Shown: positions 14,515-26,583 of the stretch, piece after piece
How positions within the stretch are numbered: position 1 is the first letter of the stretch
How the letters are laid out: each line of letters starts with the position of its first letter
Origin: Podarcis cretensis
Lineage: Eukaryota
Length of the DNA stretch: 64,000 nt
NCBI GenBank assembly: GCA_951804945.1
Contig: OX638149.1
Location: 67,332,001 to 67,396,000, forward strand
Direction of reading: 5' to 3'
Made by a program: the position numbers and the translations under genes
The notes under the pieces: model-generated
Told to the model about the DNA's origin: nothing
What the model saw: only the letters and a program-made list of their open reading frames with translations
The model's database searches: none

Positions 14515-15619
14515 AGTATGGTTTATTTGAATGTGAAAGTGGGCCAAAGTCTAAGTGTTACCCAGTAAGTTTTGTTTTGTTTAAGCATATTTGCTGGTGC
14601 TTTGGATCAGTGTGGATCTGGTTTATTCATGCATTCATTTGTGTTTTGTGCTACAAAATTTGTGACTTATGTGTGCTTGTTTTCAACTCATAGATAAGTT
14701 TTCTAGAAGTCTCATGACTATATTTAGAAGCATAACTTATAATTTGGTTATTCATATATTCATGAGTTTGTAGATTCCTTTGAAAAAAATCTAGTTGAAA
14801 TTCTCTCATTTCCATATATAGGTGTGCACAATATCATTTGTGATGTTACATATAGATTGGTTTTAAGGGGCAGGGTTCAAGAGAGAAACTTCAAAACTAA
14901 TATTGTCAAATTTACCTGAAGGTATTCTGAACTGCCTCTCCTGTTGCATCACATATCCAGTGTCAGATAATGCGATCAATAATTCATATAAAAAGCTTTG
15001 AGCTTCTTAATTCATAATGCCATACATCATAGTCTATAAATTGTTCTTATAATAGGGGACATTAACTGTTGGCTCTCAAGCCATTCACATGAGAGGTATT
15101 TCACATGAGATGTATTGTCTAATTCCCAGTTGCCAGAACTATTTTGTTTTCCACTTTCTGCCAGTCCCAACATTATAAAATGGAGTGGAACAGAAGATAG
15201 GCTGTTCTTCCTGTCACAGTATGAGGATTTTGGGGTCACCAGGTTCAGAATAGGAGAAAAAACATGACTGCACACAATGGATTTGGATTTGCAAATGAAA
15301 GAGCTCCTTCCATTCACAGGCAGAACTGTGATTTAGTGGAGGCTTCTGTTGGGGGGGGCAGGGAGAAGGAGGGAAGTGATTTTCCAATTTCTCCTTCCCC
15401 TAGAGCCTCCAGTGTCGCCTCTCACATGGTTCCAGAGGGTCTTCCAACCCTCTAGGGTAGCTTTTCAAAGGGCTGTAGAGGGACAGACATAAGTAAAAGT
15501 TGCCTGCTCCCCCCCTTTAGTGGGAATATTCTATGATCAAAGTTTCACTTAAAGAAACTCTGGATCCAGGTCAACAAATATTAAAATTAGGAGCTGTAAT
15601 TGCTGCAATACGTGTTGAC

Positions 15620-16070
15620 CAACACTAATTTGCATGGCTTTAAAAAGGAATGGACAAATTCAAGGTGGATAATTCCGTCAGGTTATTCCAATCCTAACTA
15701 GATGGAAACTCTATATTCAAAGATGATACACCTCTGAGTACCAGATGGTGGGGACAAACTGAGGATGCTTTTCCTCATGCCTTCCTTCTAATCTTCTCAG
15801 AAGCATCTAGCCCAGGTGTCTTCAAGCTTTTCAGACCCACGACCCACTTCCAACCCAAACATGCATTTGGGGACCCATCTCTTAACCTTTTACCATATAT
15901 TTGCATGGTGATAGTGCTCCTGTTGTGTGACCCGCCTTGGGTCAGGCTGTGACCCACAAATATGGTCCCATCCCACCAGTTGAAGACCACTGATCTAGCT
16001 GACCATTTATGGGAACAAAATGCCAAACCAGACGACCCCTTGGTTTGATCCAGCAGCGTAGTTCTTATGA
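15620..16070 (+). mobile_element. old CR1 3' fragment interrupted by a hAT MITE
   Basis: tggctttaaaaaggaatggacaaattc... (CR1 ORF2 end, GFKKEWTN-like) and tail tggtttgatccagcagcgtagttcttatg on either side of the MITE. Confidence 0.6.
15813..15992. mobile_element. hAT-superfamily MITE
   Basis: TIRs caggtgtcttcaa / ttgaagaccactg; 8-bp TSD atctagcc / atctagct. Confidence 0.8.
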
Positions 16071-16250
16071 TTGTGGGGTGGTGGACATATATGACCACAA
16101 GGAGGTGGAGGAAGCCCATCCCCAAAGATGTTTCAGGCAGCATTGGTGGGAACAGAAGAAAGATTGTTTAGATGTGATAGCTGTCCACTTTGGAGACTGG
16201 GGAATCTTGTATTTACTGCTTGAAATTAACTGCAGTTTCTCTTGAGACAG

Positions 16251-16724
16251 GTTCAACACTTTGGATCTGGGTCTCAGGAGTGGAATGGAAACTGTGGTCA
16301 TTGGAGACAGCAGGCTTATATCCCAGCTAATGTTGCCAGTCATGCATTCTCCCTTCAACATGGAAGTCCCACTCATACCTCAGTCCATGCACATTTGGCT
16401 GGAAGTACACATCTTGGAGGACAGCCTGCTATTCTGCCGTATCCATCATCTGCGCCCCTCACTACTGCTGCTCCCGTTGCCCACATCCTAGCCTCACCAT
16501 GTACCTCAAGACCGATCTTACAGCATCCCACTTACAGTATCTCTCATCACGGTGGTCTAGTTCACCAGGTCCCAGTGGGCATAAATCCCCGACTGCTACC
16601 TTCCCCAACCATCCACCAGACTCAGTACAAACCAATTTTCCCACCACATTCTTACATTGCATCACCTGCTTACACAGGATTTCCATTGAGTCCAACGAAA
16701 CTCAGCCAGTATCCATTTATGTGA
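16251..16724 (+). CDS. HIPK3: HIPK3 terminal coding exon (His/Tyr-rich C terminus)
   Basis: agacag|GTT CAA CAC ... TTT ATG TGA; ends SPAYTGFPLSPTKLSQYPFM*, the typical HIPK C terminus. Confidence 0.97.
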   Translation, partial: VQHFGSGSQEWNGNCGHWRQQAYIPANVASHAFSLQHGSPTHTSVHAHLAGSTHLGGQPAILPYPSSAPLTTAAPVAHILASPCTSRPILQHPTYSISHHGGLVHQVPVGINPRLLPSPTIHQTQYKPIFPPHSYIASPAYTGFPLSPTKLSQYPFM

Positions 16725-17391
16725 GAACTCAAGTACGCTGACAGAGCTCAGTGATACATACATGTGATTTGAGAGGAAAACATGGTATTTAATAAATATT
16801 AGCCATGGCACAACAAAAAGATATTTTTTTTAATCATGTTAGACTTGGGTGCAATTTAAACAACCTTGAGCTTTAACTCACTTTTAATGTGTTTTTGCAC
16901 ATTTGGTATAAATTTGTCTTTAGTCATGTTATCTTCTTATAGAGTAACTCCAGACAGGTGACTTATGGGAGCAGAAATCCAGTTTTGCTCCTACTATTTT
17001 TTATAAAATTGCCTTCTAACTAGTGCGAGACACGTCTACATTTGGGAAGCCATTGAGTGTACAGATTTAGAGCAACAGATGCACATGTGTCATCAGTATC
17101 ATGTATGAGTAACTTGTTTGTATTATGTATCTTGGTGTTCAGTGTCGAGTCACTTATCTAAAAAAGGTTGAGCTGTTCTTCACATTGCATGTGTCCTTTG
17201 CATGGGCAAAAACAAAGTTGCCTAGAAATTTGCTCTTAAATGTTGGTGTCCTAATAATCTCAGCTGCATTGTAAACTGTTCCCACACATAGTGCCTTAAA
17301 TATTTGAGGTTGTTAATGTTACTATATTATAAATGTTGAGGACTGCAGCACTTAACATTCAGTTTTGCTGATTATTTCATAGAGTTATGCG

Positions 17392-17416
17392 CTCTCTCTC
17401 TCTCTCTCTCTCTCTT
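17392..17416. repeat. (CT)n microsatellite in the HIPK3 3' UTR
   Basis: about 12 CT units followed by a T-rich tract. Confidence 0.9.
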
Positions 17417-18651
17417 TCTTTTTTTATTTGTGTGTGGTATGATTTTAGTATAGGTTGTGATTTCTTTATCTAGGGGACAGCATGTTTTGCTGTAGCTGAA
17501 TTCTGCTGTCTGATATTTCCCCCTGAATGATCAGCTTCACAGAAAGCATTTTGTAGTTCATAGGAAAAGTTGATTCAGTGGCTGTTGAATTTAAAAAATG
17601 GTGTTTTATACTGTTCAGTGGAACTGCAATACAATCTAAGTAGTTTATTTTCAAAGTGTTTAAGTCCAACTGGATTTTAATAACCTGTTAGAGGTGCAGT
17701 AGGCATGACTTGGCTAGATTATGAAAGAAAAAAGCAAAATGCTCATTGATTCATGCTGTGGTTTCATCTTAGCTTGAGCAAACCATGCAGTATTTAATAA
17801 ATAGTAGCAGAATATTTACTATTGAAGCTTGAAAAGGTGTGAGTACTTTGTGTGCAATTTTTCATTTATGCATGGGAGAGATTTTAGCCTTTTTACATTC
17901 TAGTATTTGTTCTAGCCTTTTTTTGGGGTGGGGGTATTTTCTTATTTAATACATTCCGTCAGGGACAACAAATTACATGCATTTTCCCCTCTAGGAAGTG
18001 CATCATTTCTCTGTGTGTGTGTGTGTTTTTGTTCTTGTTCAAATAAGATTGCTTTTGCAGCACCAAAGACTTAATCATCCATTTCCTATTAAAAGGTAGC
18101 TACTTTTTTCATAGACCTCAAGTGTAGTGATAGGGATGGGTTTTAAAAGGAGGGTATTAAAATGAGGTTGTGTTTTAGCTTATGAGGCAAGTAATAAATT
18201 GTATCATCTATCTTGAATGTATCATAGATAAGCTGCTATATAATGATTGCCACTTCAGATAGCTGTGAAATTAGGTGATTTAACTAGTTCTTACCCTTCT
18301 AATTTCTGTATAAGTCTAATGACATGAAATTGAAGTATGGGGTTGATTTTGTTTTTGTTTGCTTTCATGTTTGGAGTGTTGTAACTACTATATTGTAAAT
18401 GATGGAAGACAATTGCATATGTTATTTTGGGGTGTGTTATTTGCATCAGTATTTTATCTCCATTAACTATCATTGCATATAAATGGGTGTATCCATGTAA
18501 TTTAATTTGTATGTGTTCATATTGACATTGTGTAGACACTTAAGAAAACTATCTTGGTGGCTTGACTTAACTTTTTTTTTTATAAACAAAGATTCTGGAA
18601 TACAGTTATTGCAGCATAGACTGGAATAGGAGTGCAAAGGGTTTCTCTCAA

Positions 18652-18736
18652 GCACAATCCTAGGCATGTTTACTTAAAAGTAATTCCCACAGAGTTCAGT
18701 GGGCATTACTTCTAGGAAAGTGTGAGGATTGCAGCC
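18652..18736. mobile_element. short ancient palindromic squamate repeat in the 3' UTR
   Basis: ends gcacaatcct / aggattgcagcc with internal agtaattcccac...gtgggcattact inverted arms. Confidence 0.6.
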
Positions 18737-20403
18737 TCAGCAGTCTAACAGCTGATAGAGTTTTTCTTTGTTCCATTAACACAAGCAGTGTTTTATTTAA
18801 TGAATGTCTAAGTAGAAAAATGTGCCTACATTTGATTTACTTTTCAGGACTGAAATACAGCAGTATTAGTTGACAAAAACCAAAACCAGCAGTACATTTT
18901 AATGGCTGAATATGGAAATAAACCCTAACCCTTTCTCACAACTTTTAGGCCACAGTCAGAGAGCTGCAGCTTTGCATGACCAGGTGGGGCTTTTAAAAAA
19001 AGCGCTCTGTGTCATGTACCCCCCCCCCCAAAAAAAAATCACTTCTGAAAGTTGGAAAAGCTTAAAACCCAGCTTTGTGATAATGGCATGGGAGAGCTGC
19101 TGTTCAGATGAAAAGAGTGAGAAGTCCCACTGAGTGCAGACATGCTCTTGGGCACACTAAAGGAGTATTCTGGGTTTTTCATAAACAGTTTTATGTGTTT
19201 TGTAGAAATACAAATGTGTCTCTATCAAATAAAGACAAGAATAATGTGATCTAATCTGAAACCTTTTCAGCATATATTGAAGCAGATGGAATCAAGAAAA
19301 TAAACAGATTTTGTCATGTTCCTTAATGTTTATGGTTCAGTAAATTCCTCTTTTCTGTTAACTCCTTGGTGTTGAGAATGGCATTTCTTGATGCTTATCT
19401 CCATTGCTGGCAGTGGACGCATCAGGAGCCATGAGCACCAGAAGTTAGCTTACTTTTTCTATAATTGTCACCAAATAAAAATAAAAATGTATTCTCTTAA
19501 TTTACTTGGATCTGTCTTGCTCTGTAGAGTATTTACTATGTTTTAAATTCTGTTTGGGATACAAAGCTAATGTACTTGATACATTACACCATGTCAAACA
19601 TAGAACCGCTTCTAAGAGTAATACCCCAAAGGTAGCCTCTGACTCCTAGCATATTGCAAAAGAGCAAATATTTTTTGCTTTCCAGAAGTGATAAATTAAG
19701 TTCTGCCACAATCAGCACTGAGCATAATGTGCTACTCAACAACCAGTTCTGCAATGAGCATTGCAGTGAAGAACTAGATCTTCTGCCCTCTCTCAGGCTA
19801 TACTCTGCAGTTGCACAGCAAAACAGTTCTGTTGATTTTGGTTGCAGCGGAATAATTTAGCTGTAGGATAACCTACTTATGGTTGCTATGGCTTTAGGAG
19901 GGCTAAGGGTCTGTCCAGACAAAAAATTGGTGTAAATCTATGGTCAATGTAATCCCATATATACATCTTATTCTTCTGATGCCTTTTAAATAAAACACTG
20001 CACGATAACAAAATTGCATACGATTTTCAATTTGGAAATTTAATTTTTATATGAATCCCTTGTATTCGGTTTTTAACTTTAATTCAGGGTGTGTTATTGA
20101 TCAAATATACTACTGTATTAACTAATTATTTTATTTTTAATTTTCAAATATTCTGTATTTACAGCTAATTTTAACTTGGTTTGTGTTTGGTAAATGCTAA
20201 AATCACACTGCAAGCTGTAGAAAGATTTGTTTTAGAACTAATATAGATTTGGTTACTAAGTTTGAACTGTTACAGTTTAACAATTATTTGTAGACTTGTG
20301 GCTTTTTTGTTCTTGATTTCTGTGCTACACTAGTTTGCCATGTAGCAATTGCACTGTGCAATATTACAATAAGAGGACTGGGAAAATTTTTATGGATGTA
20401 ATG

Positions 20404-20559
20404 NNNNNNNNNNNNNNNNNNNNNNNNNNNNNNNNNNNNNNNNNNNNNNNNNNNNNNNNNNNNNNNNNNNNNNNNNNNNNNNNNNNNNNNNNNNNNNNNN
20501 NNNNNNNNNNNNNNNNNNNNNNNNNNNNNNNNNNNNNNNNNNNNNNNNNNNNNNNNNNN
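20404..20559. other. assembly gap (156 N)
   Basis: run of n. Confidence 1.
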
Positions 20560-20562
20560 TGA

Positions 20563-20568
20563 ATTAAA
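20563..20568 (+). terminator. candidate distal polyadenylation signal of HIPK3
   Basis: ATTAAA, CA dinucleotides 10-15 nt after the hexamer, then a GU/U-rich element (cttgtcggcttttattttatt). Confidence 0.45.
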
Positions 20569-21196
20569 ATATATATTGCAGCAAATGGAACTTGTCGGCT
20601 TTTATTTTTATTAAAGTAGATTGAGATAGCTGAAAAGTTTTTCAATCTTTTCTCTAACTCTCAAGGGCTCATTTATATAAATTTCCAGTTTCACAGGATT
20701 CAGGCCACCAGCTTTATCTTAGTGATGTGATTTCCCCCCCAAATAGTTTGACTGAAGTGATCTTCAAGAACATTTGAGCTTCCATTTTTGGCCAGTCAAC
20801 AGAAAATGTAACTATTGGAACACATGGTGGTTTTGGACTTCATTGAAAATTGCAGCTTTTCTGTCATGTAGTTCCTCTGAGATGCCAGTGGAATGGTGAT
20901 GGTACAAGTTGCCAAATGGTGGGGAAAGCATTCATCTAAAGGATGTATTGGGACATGATGCTCCAGTAGATTATTATTTATTTCCATTGGCAATGGAATA
21001 CATGTGATCTGTATTAGAGGAGCAGACAGTCTGATGTGGAATTGATAGAAAGGAATACCTGCTCATGCCAGTCCCATGCAGAGAATCATTGTGCAAAACC
21101 CCCATAGTTTATTCATAAAGCAGTTACACTTTTTTTGGCCAAAGCTCCTAATTTTGATGAAGGATGATGAAAACATCAGGAGTGGGAGAAGGAATA

Positions 21197-21544
21197 AAGG
21201 TAAAGGGACCCAGACCATTAGGTCCAGTTGTGGCCGACTCTGGGGTTGCGGCGCTCATCTCGCTTTATTGGCAGAGGGAGCTGGCGTACAGCTTCCAGGT
21301 CATGTGGCCAGCATGACTAAACCGCTTCTGGCAAACCAGAGCGGCACATGGAAACACCATTTACCTTCCCGCTGTAGCGGTACCTATTTAAATACTTGCA
21401 CTTTGACATGCTTTTGAACTGCTAGGTTGGCAGGAGCAGGGACCGAGCAACGGGAGCTCACCCTGTTGCGGGGATTCGAACTGCCGACGTTCTGATCGGC
21501 AAGTCCTAGGCTCTGTGGTTTAACCCACAGCACCACCCACATCC
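21197..21544 (-). mobile_element. Sauria SINE, full length (subfamily A in this window)
   Basis: tRNA-like head with A/B boxes (ggattcgaac on +), (ACCTTT)n tail seen as aaaggtaaagg, flanked by TSD ggagaaggaata. Confidence 0.93.
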
Positions 21545-21557
21545 AGGAGAAGGAATA

Positions 21558-21924
21558 AAGGTAAAGGTACCCCTGCCCGTACAGGCCAGTCTTGACAGAC
21601 TCTGGGGTTGTGCGCCCATCTCACTTAAGAGGCCAGGGGCCAGCGCTGTCCGGAGACACTTCCGGGTCACGTGGCCAGCGTGACATCGCTGCTCTGGCCA
21701 GAGCCAGAGCCAGAGCCGCACACGGAAACGCCGTTTACTTTCCCGCTGGTAAGCGGTCCCTATTTATCTACTTGCACCCGGAGGTGCTTTCGAACTGCTA
21801 GGTTGGCAGGCGCTGGGACCGAGCAGCGGGAGCGCACCCCGCCGCAGGGATTCGAACCGCCGACCTTTTGATCGGCAAGCCCTAGGCGCTGAGGCTTTAA
21901 CCCACAGCGCCACCTGCGTCCCTT
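21558..21924 (-). mobile_element. Sauria SINE, full length (different, CpG-richer subfamily B)
   Basis: same architecture with a diverged 3' half (ggtacccctgcccgtacaggccagtcttgacagactc); TSD aggagaaggaata on both sides. Confidence 0.93.
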
Positions 21925-22288
21925 AGGAGAAGGAATAGCCAGTTCCTATTTCTATTAAGGCTGCTGTGGATGTTACATTATTATACCTTGTGGTGCCATC
22001 TGCATTTTAGTTCTAGGTAGCTGAAAGCCTACCTCACAAGGGCAATGGTTAGTGAGAAATGGGCAGGCAGTAACAATAGCCTATCCCCAATATAACGTGG
22101 AAGCAAAGTGAAACTGCCATAGAATATAATATATAACTAGTTTCCTTAGGGCAAATTTCCCCATCCCCAACGACCTGGACATAGATGAAGAAAAGATCTC
22201 CAAGAGATGAAGCAATTGATGTGCAGAATGCAATAGGAGATCTTTTGCCAATCCTTGTGCTATTTCCAGGTAGTAGCAAGTTATTGAT

Positions 22289-22539
22289 CAGAGGGCAGCA
22301 AACTTTTTCAGCAGGGGGCCGGTCCACTGTCCCTCAGACCTTGTGGGGGGCCGGACTAGATTTTGGAAAAAAATAATGAACAAATTCCTATGCCTCACAA
22401 ATAACCCGGAGATGCATTTTAAATAAAAGGACATATTCTACTCGTGTAAAAGCATGCTGATTCCCATACTGTCCGCAGGCCTGATTGAGAAGGCAATTGG
22501 GCCAGATCTGGCCCCTGGGCCTTAGTTTGCCTACCCATG
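22289..22539 (+). mobile_element. hAT MITE
   Basis: TIRs cagagggcagcaaact / agtttgcctacccatg; 8-bp TSD ttattgat / ctattgat; same family as 27405-27726. Confidence 0.87.
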
Positions 22540-25085
22540 CTATTGATGCTAATTATGCTTTTGGACAAGACATCCCCCCCCCCCCAGTAAGTTTCCTTTT
22601 ATTGAGGTTGGTACATGCTTTGAATAGAAAAGCATAGCAAAGATGTTGGAGCCTGATCTGAGGCTACCGCTTAGCACAGTACATTACTACTACTATTTTT
22701 TTAAAAAAAGAACTTCCTTTGCCCGTGTGGAAACAGCAATGCATTGATTATTGGTTGAGGTTTCTCAAATGGTACGTTTTCACTAGTCCAACCCAGTGTT
22801 CTTTTTTGTTCTTTGTTCCATCCGATTGATCCATCCAATTGTACAGTTTTATGATAAGCGTCATTTTTTCCTTCCAAGCAATGTGTATTTTTGAATTATA
22901 GGTATTCCCTCCCTTCATCTGTAATGTAATGGGAATAAAAGGATAATCAAGAATAATAAATATTTATTCTGAAAATTCCCCAATCTATGTTGCACACATA
23001 TTGTAATTTGAAGGCCACTTTACACATGTTTTTCCTACATAGTTTCCATGAGTTTTACTCCTAGCAGACACTGGCATGCTGCATTGGCATGCTTTGTATT
23101 TTGAGTAGCTGAATCATTGGCATACCAAAGTAATTGCAAAATCCGGCATGTAAGAAATACCAGCTGACATTGTACTTTTGCAGCATGTCATAAAATTTTA
23201 AATTCACACTATGGGTATTTGTTGACTTAATAAAATTTGATAAATAAAAGCATTTAAAATTTCAAGTAATAGAATTGCATTCCACCAGGGGGCTCTGCCC
23301 GAATGTTTCAGCAAGATTACTATGACAGGAACAAATTTTTTCCTGCTCCTTTTGGAAGTTTCACAGCATTGCATGGAATCTTGTTTCCCATGAAATATGA
23401 AAGAAGCAGCTTAAATTGATAGAATTTCCATTAACATTTGTTTGCACTTTCTTAAAATACTAATAATGCAGAGCATTTTGCTTCATTTAGCAATATTAGG
23501 ACTACAGATTTAGGTGGGATATGTGTGTATGTTAGGATTAGCCCTCTCAAACAAAATAAAACAGTAACAGCATTGCAAACCATAAGACACAACATTGATG
23601 ACACGGCAACACATCTAAAAATCATCACAGCAGCTGAGAGGAGCAATGCCTGCAGACAAAAAATGAAATGAGTGCAAAAATAGTATCTTAAAAGACTACC
23701 AACAGAAAATTGAATGTATTTTAGCTTCATATTATTTATTTCCTGGGAATGTAGCTGCCAAGCATTCAAGACAGAATTATCTTTTTTGTTTATTCAGCAT
23801 TCAGAATTGTGCTTCTCTTTAATGATATCTGCAGCCTTAATTCTTGAATCGTCTTATGGGTATTTTGTAGAAAATTTTGTTTTCCAACTTTGCTTTTTTG
23901 CTACCCTCATTCTTTTTCTATTGCTCTTTGTTACATTTTTATCAGGCTTCTTTAAAAGTGTTCTTTCCCCTCCACCCCACCTTGTTCCTCAGTGGGGAAA
24001 TTTAAGAATTGCTTTAACTAAGAATTTGATCAGGGTCATTTTTTCCCCAGAGGGAAAAAGTAGACACGAAATAGAGATTATTTGTTTAATTTAAAAGTGG
24101 TATGACAAGGAGCACAGGTGAAAGGTGATTCCTGTACCCCGCAAACCCTTATCATGACAACAGCATCCACAACACATAGCTTCCACACTTTTGCAATAAA
24201 GGAAAAGAATGAGTTATCCTGCTGCCACCCCCCTGAGGAAAAACACATTTTGTTGAAGTAGAAGAAATGGCCAGAGCACTATTGGCCAGAATAGGGTTGC
24301 CCACCCCAGCATTTGATTGCCCATTGATTTGCCTACCCTGCCTGAATTATAGAGAATTTGAAATACAGGGTTTTAAGTATAAAAATAAAAAGGGTGGTAT
24401 TCAACTAGGTTTTACAGAGAGGAGGTACACTGGAATTAATGCACATTAGGTCCATTAATATCAATAGGTCTCTGCATAAAAATTGCATACCACAGACAGG
24501 GTTGTATCACACAAAATTGTCCCATTTGTGCAATAGAAATTTGCCTTCCTCTCTGCCTCCTGTACCCTTCAGATCTGTTCTGGGGTTTCACCTGACCCTC
24601 TGGACCAGATTTGGGGGGAGGAGAGAGGAGGAAGAGGACATTCTGTTGCACAAACAAGTCCTTGTGCAAACAGGTTGATTTGGCTGGGCACAGTTTACAA
24701 ATGTTAGAACATACCTTTAAGATAACATACATTAACAACAGGCTTAGTATGCTCTATGAAGTGTAACTCTCCAAAATGGTCATAATCCAGTGACAAAAGC
24801 TTCCTTATAAAGCTACTACAGGGCTGCATATTTTATTAATGCAAGGTGTTGTCAATTTGTCTTCAGACTCTCTATCTTACAATTTCCCCAAGCATTCTTG
24901 TTTCAAAGGTGTCTTCTTACAGTCCCAATGAAGAGCATAGAAGTTATGTTGAGAAGACATTATCATACAAGACAAACTATCTTCTCCCTCTAAATCTGTA
25001 TTATTTGCATGTATATATATATATGCAGTTGGGTTATATATCCTGAGATTCCCTCCAGATAACTCCACCTTCTGCTTCTGAACAC

Positions 25086-25415
25086 CACCACCCCCATCGT
25101 TCTGCCCGGACACTGAGGTCCAGTGCCGAGGGCCTTCTGGCGGTTCCCTCATTGCAAGAAGCAAAGCTACAGGGAACCAGGCAGAGGGCCTTCTCGGTAG
25201 TGGCGCCCGCCCTGTGGAACACCCTCCCATCAGATGTAAAAGCGATAAATAACTACCTGACATTCAGAAGACATCTTAAGGCAGCCCTGTTCAGGGAAGT
25301 TTTTAATCTGTGATATTTTAGTGTATTTTGGTTTCTATGGAAGCCGCCCAGAGTGGTTGGGGAAACCAGCCAGATGGGTGGGGTACAAATAATAAATTAT
25401 TATTATTATTATTAC
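25086..25415 (+). mobile_element. L2-clade LINE 3' fragment
   Basis: encodes RSS..LLAVP...RAFSVVAPALWNTLP...FRRHLKAALF (L2 ORF2 C terminus); 3' UTR gaagccgcccagagtgg...; (TTA)n tail. Confidence 0.85.
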
Positions 25416-25533
25416 TAAAGAATCTTAGGTCTTCAAGTGTTTGAATGTGGATGCAAAAAGACAATGCCTTGTAACATGCTATGGGGTGAAATCAGAGAGC
25501 ACACATATATTGACCAAATGGTACTTCCTCACT

Positions 25534-26583
25534 TAGAATCATAGAATCATAGAGTTGGAAGAGACCACAAGGGCCATCGAGTCCAACCCCCTGCCATCAG
25601 AGCACTCCTGACATATGGTTGTCAAGCCTCTGCTTAAAGACCTCCAAAGAAGGAGACTCCAGCACATTCCTTGGCAGAAAATTCCACTGTCGAACAGCTC
25701 TTACTGTCAGGAAGTTCTTCCTAATGTTTAGGTGGAATCTTCTTTCTTGTAGTTTGGAACCATTGCTCCGTGTCCGCTTCTCTGGAGCTGCAGAAAACAA
25801 CCTTTCTCCCTCCTCTATGTGACATCCTTTTATATATTTGAACATGGCTATCATATCACCCCTTAACCTCCTCTTCTCCAGGCTAAACATGCCCAGCTCC
25901 CTTAGCCGTTCCTCATAAGGCATCGTTTCCAGGCCTTTGACCATTTTGGTTGCCCTCCTCTGGACACGTTCCAGTTTGTCAGTGTCCTTCTTGAACTGTG
26001 GTGCCCAGAACTGGACACAGTACTCCAGGTGAGGTCTGACCAGAGCAGAATACAGTGGCACTATTACTTCCCTTGATCTAGATGCTATACTCCTATTGAT
26101 GCAGCCCAGAATTGCATTGGCTTTTTTAGCTGCCGCGTCACACTGTTGGCTCATGTCAAGTTTGTGGTCAACCAAGACTCCTAGATCCTTTTCACATGTA
26201 CTGCTCTCAAGCCAGGTGTCACCCATCTTGTATTTGTGCCTCTCATTTTTTTTGCCCAAGTGCAATACTTTACATTTCTCCCTGTTAAAATTCATCTTGT
26301 TTGTTTTGGCCCAGTTCTCTAATCTGTCAAGGTCGTTTTGAAGTGTGATCCTGTCCTCTGGGGTGTTAGCCACCCCTCCCAGTTTGGTGTCATCTGCAAA
26401 TTTGATCAGCATGCCCTTGAGTCCACCATCCAAGTCGTTGATAAAGATGTTGAATAAGACCGGGCCCAAGACAGAACCCTGTGGCACCCCACTAGTCACT
26501 CTTCTCCAGGATGAAGAGGAACCATTGATGAGCACACTTTGGGTTCGGTCAGTCAGCCAGTTACAAATCCACTGAGTGGTAGC
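25534..26583 (-). mobile_element. CR1 LINE, 5'-truncated, uninterrupted RT C-terminal ORF
   Basis: ORF 25597-26661(-): [21 protein letters not shown]...[10 protein letters not shown]...CEKDLGV...[13 protein letters not shown]; (ATTCTATG)n tail seen as tagaatcatagaatcatag. Confidence 0.96.

Larger units (their letters stand above)
16725..20585 (+). other. HIPK3: HIPK3 3' UTR (about 3.9 kb, distal end inferred)
   Basis: AT-rich and nearly free of transposons after the stop; many miRNA seed matches; several AATAAA (e.g. 16791); ATTAAA at 20563 followed by CA and a U-rich tract; contains an assembly gap. Confidence 0.6.

Noticed and set aside
20335-20645. ORFs spanning the N gaps (also 62689-63188)
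   Set aside because: Artefacts of translating N runs
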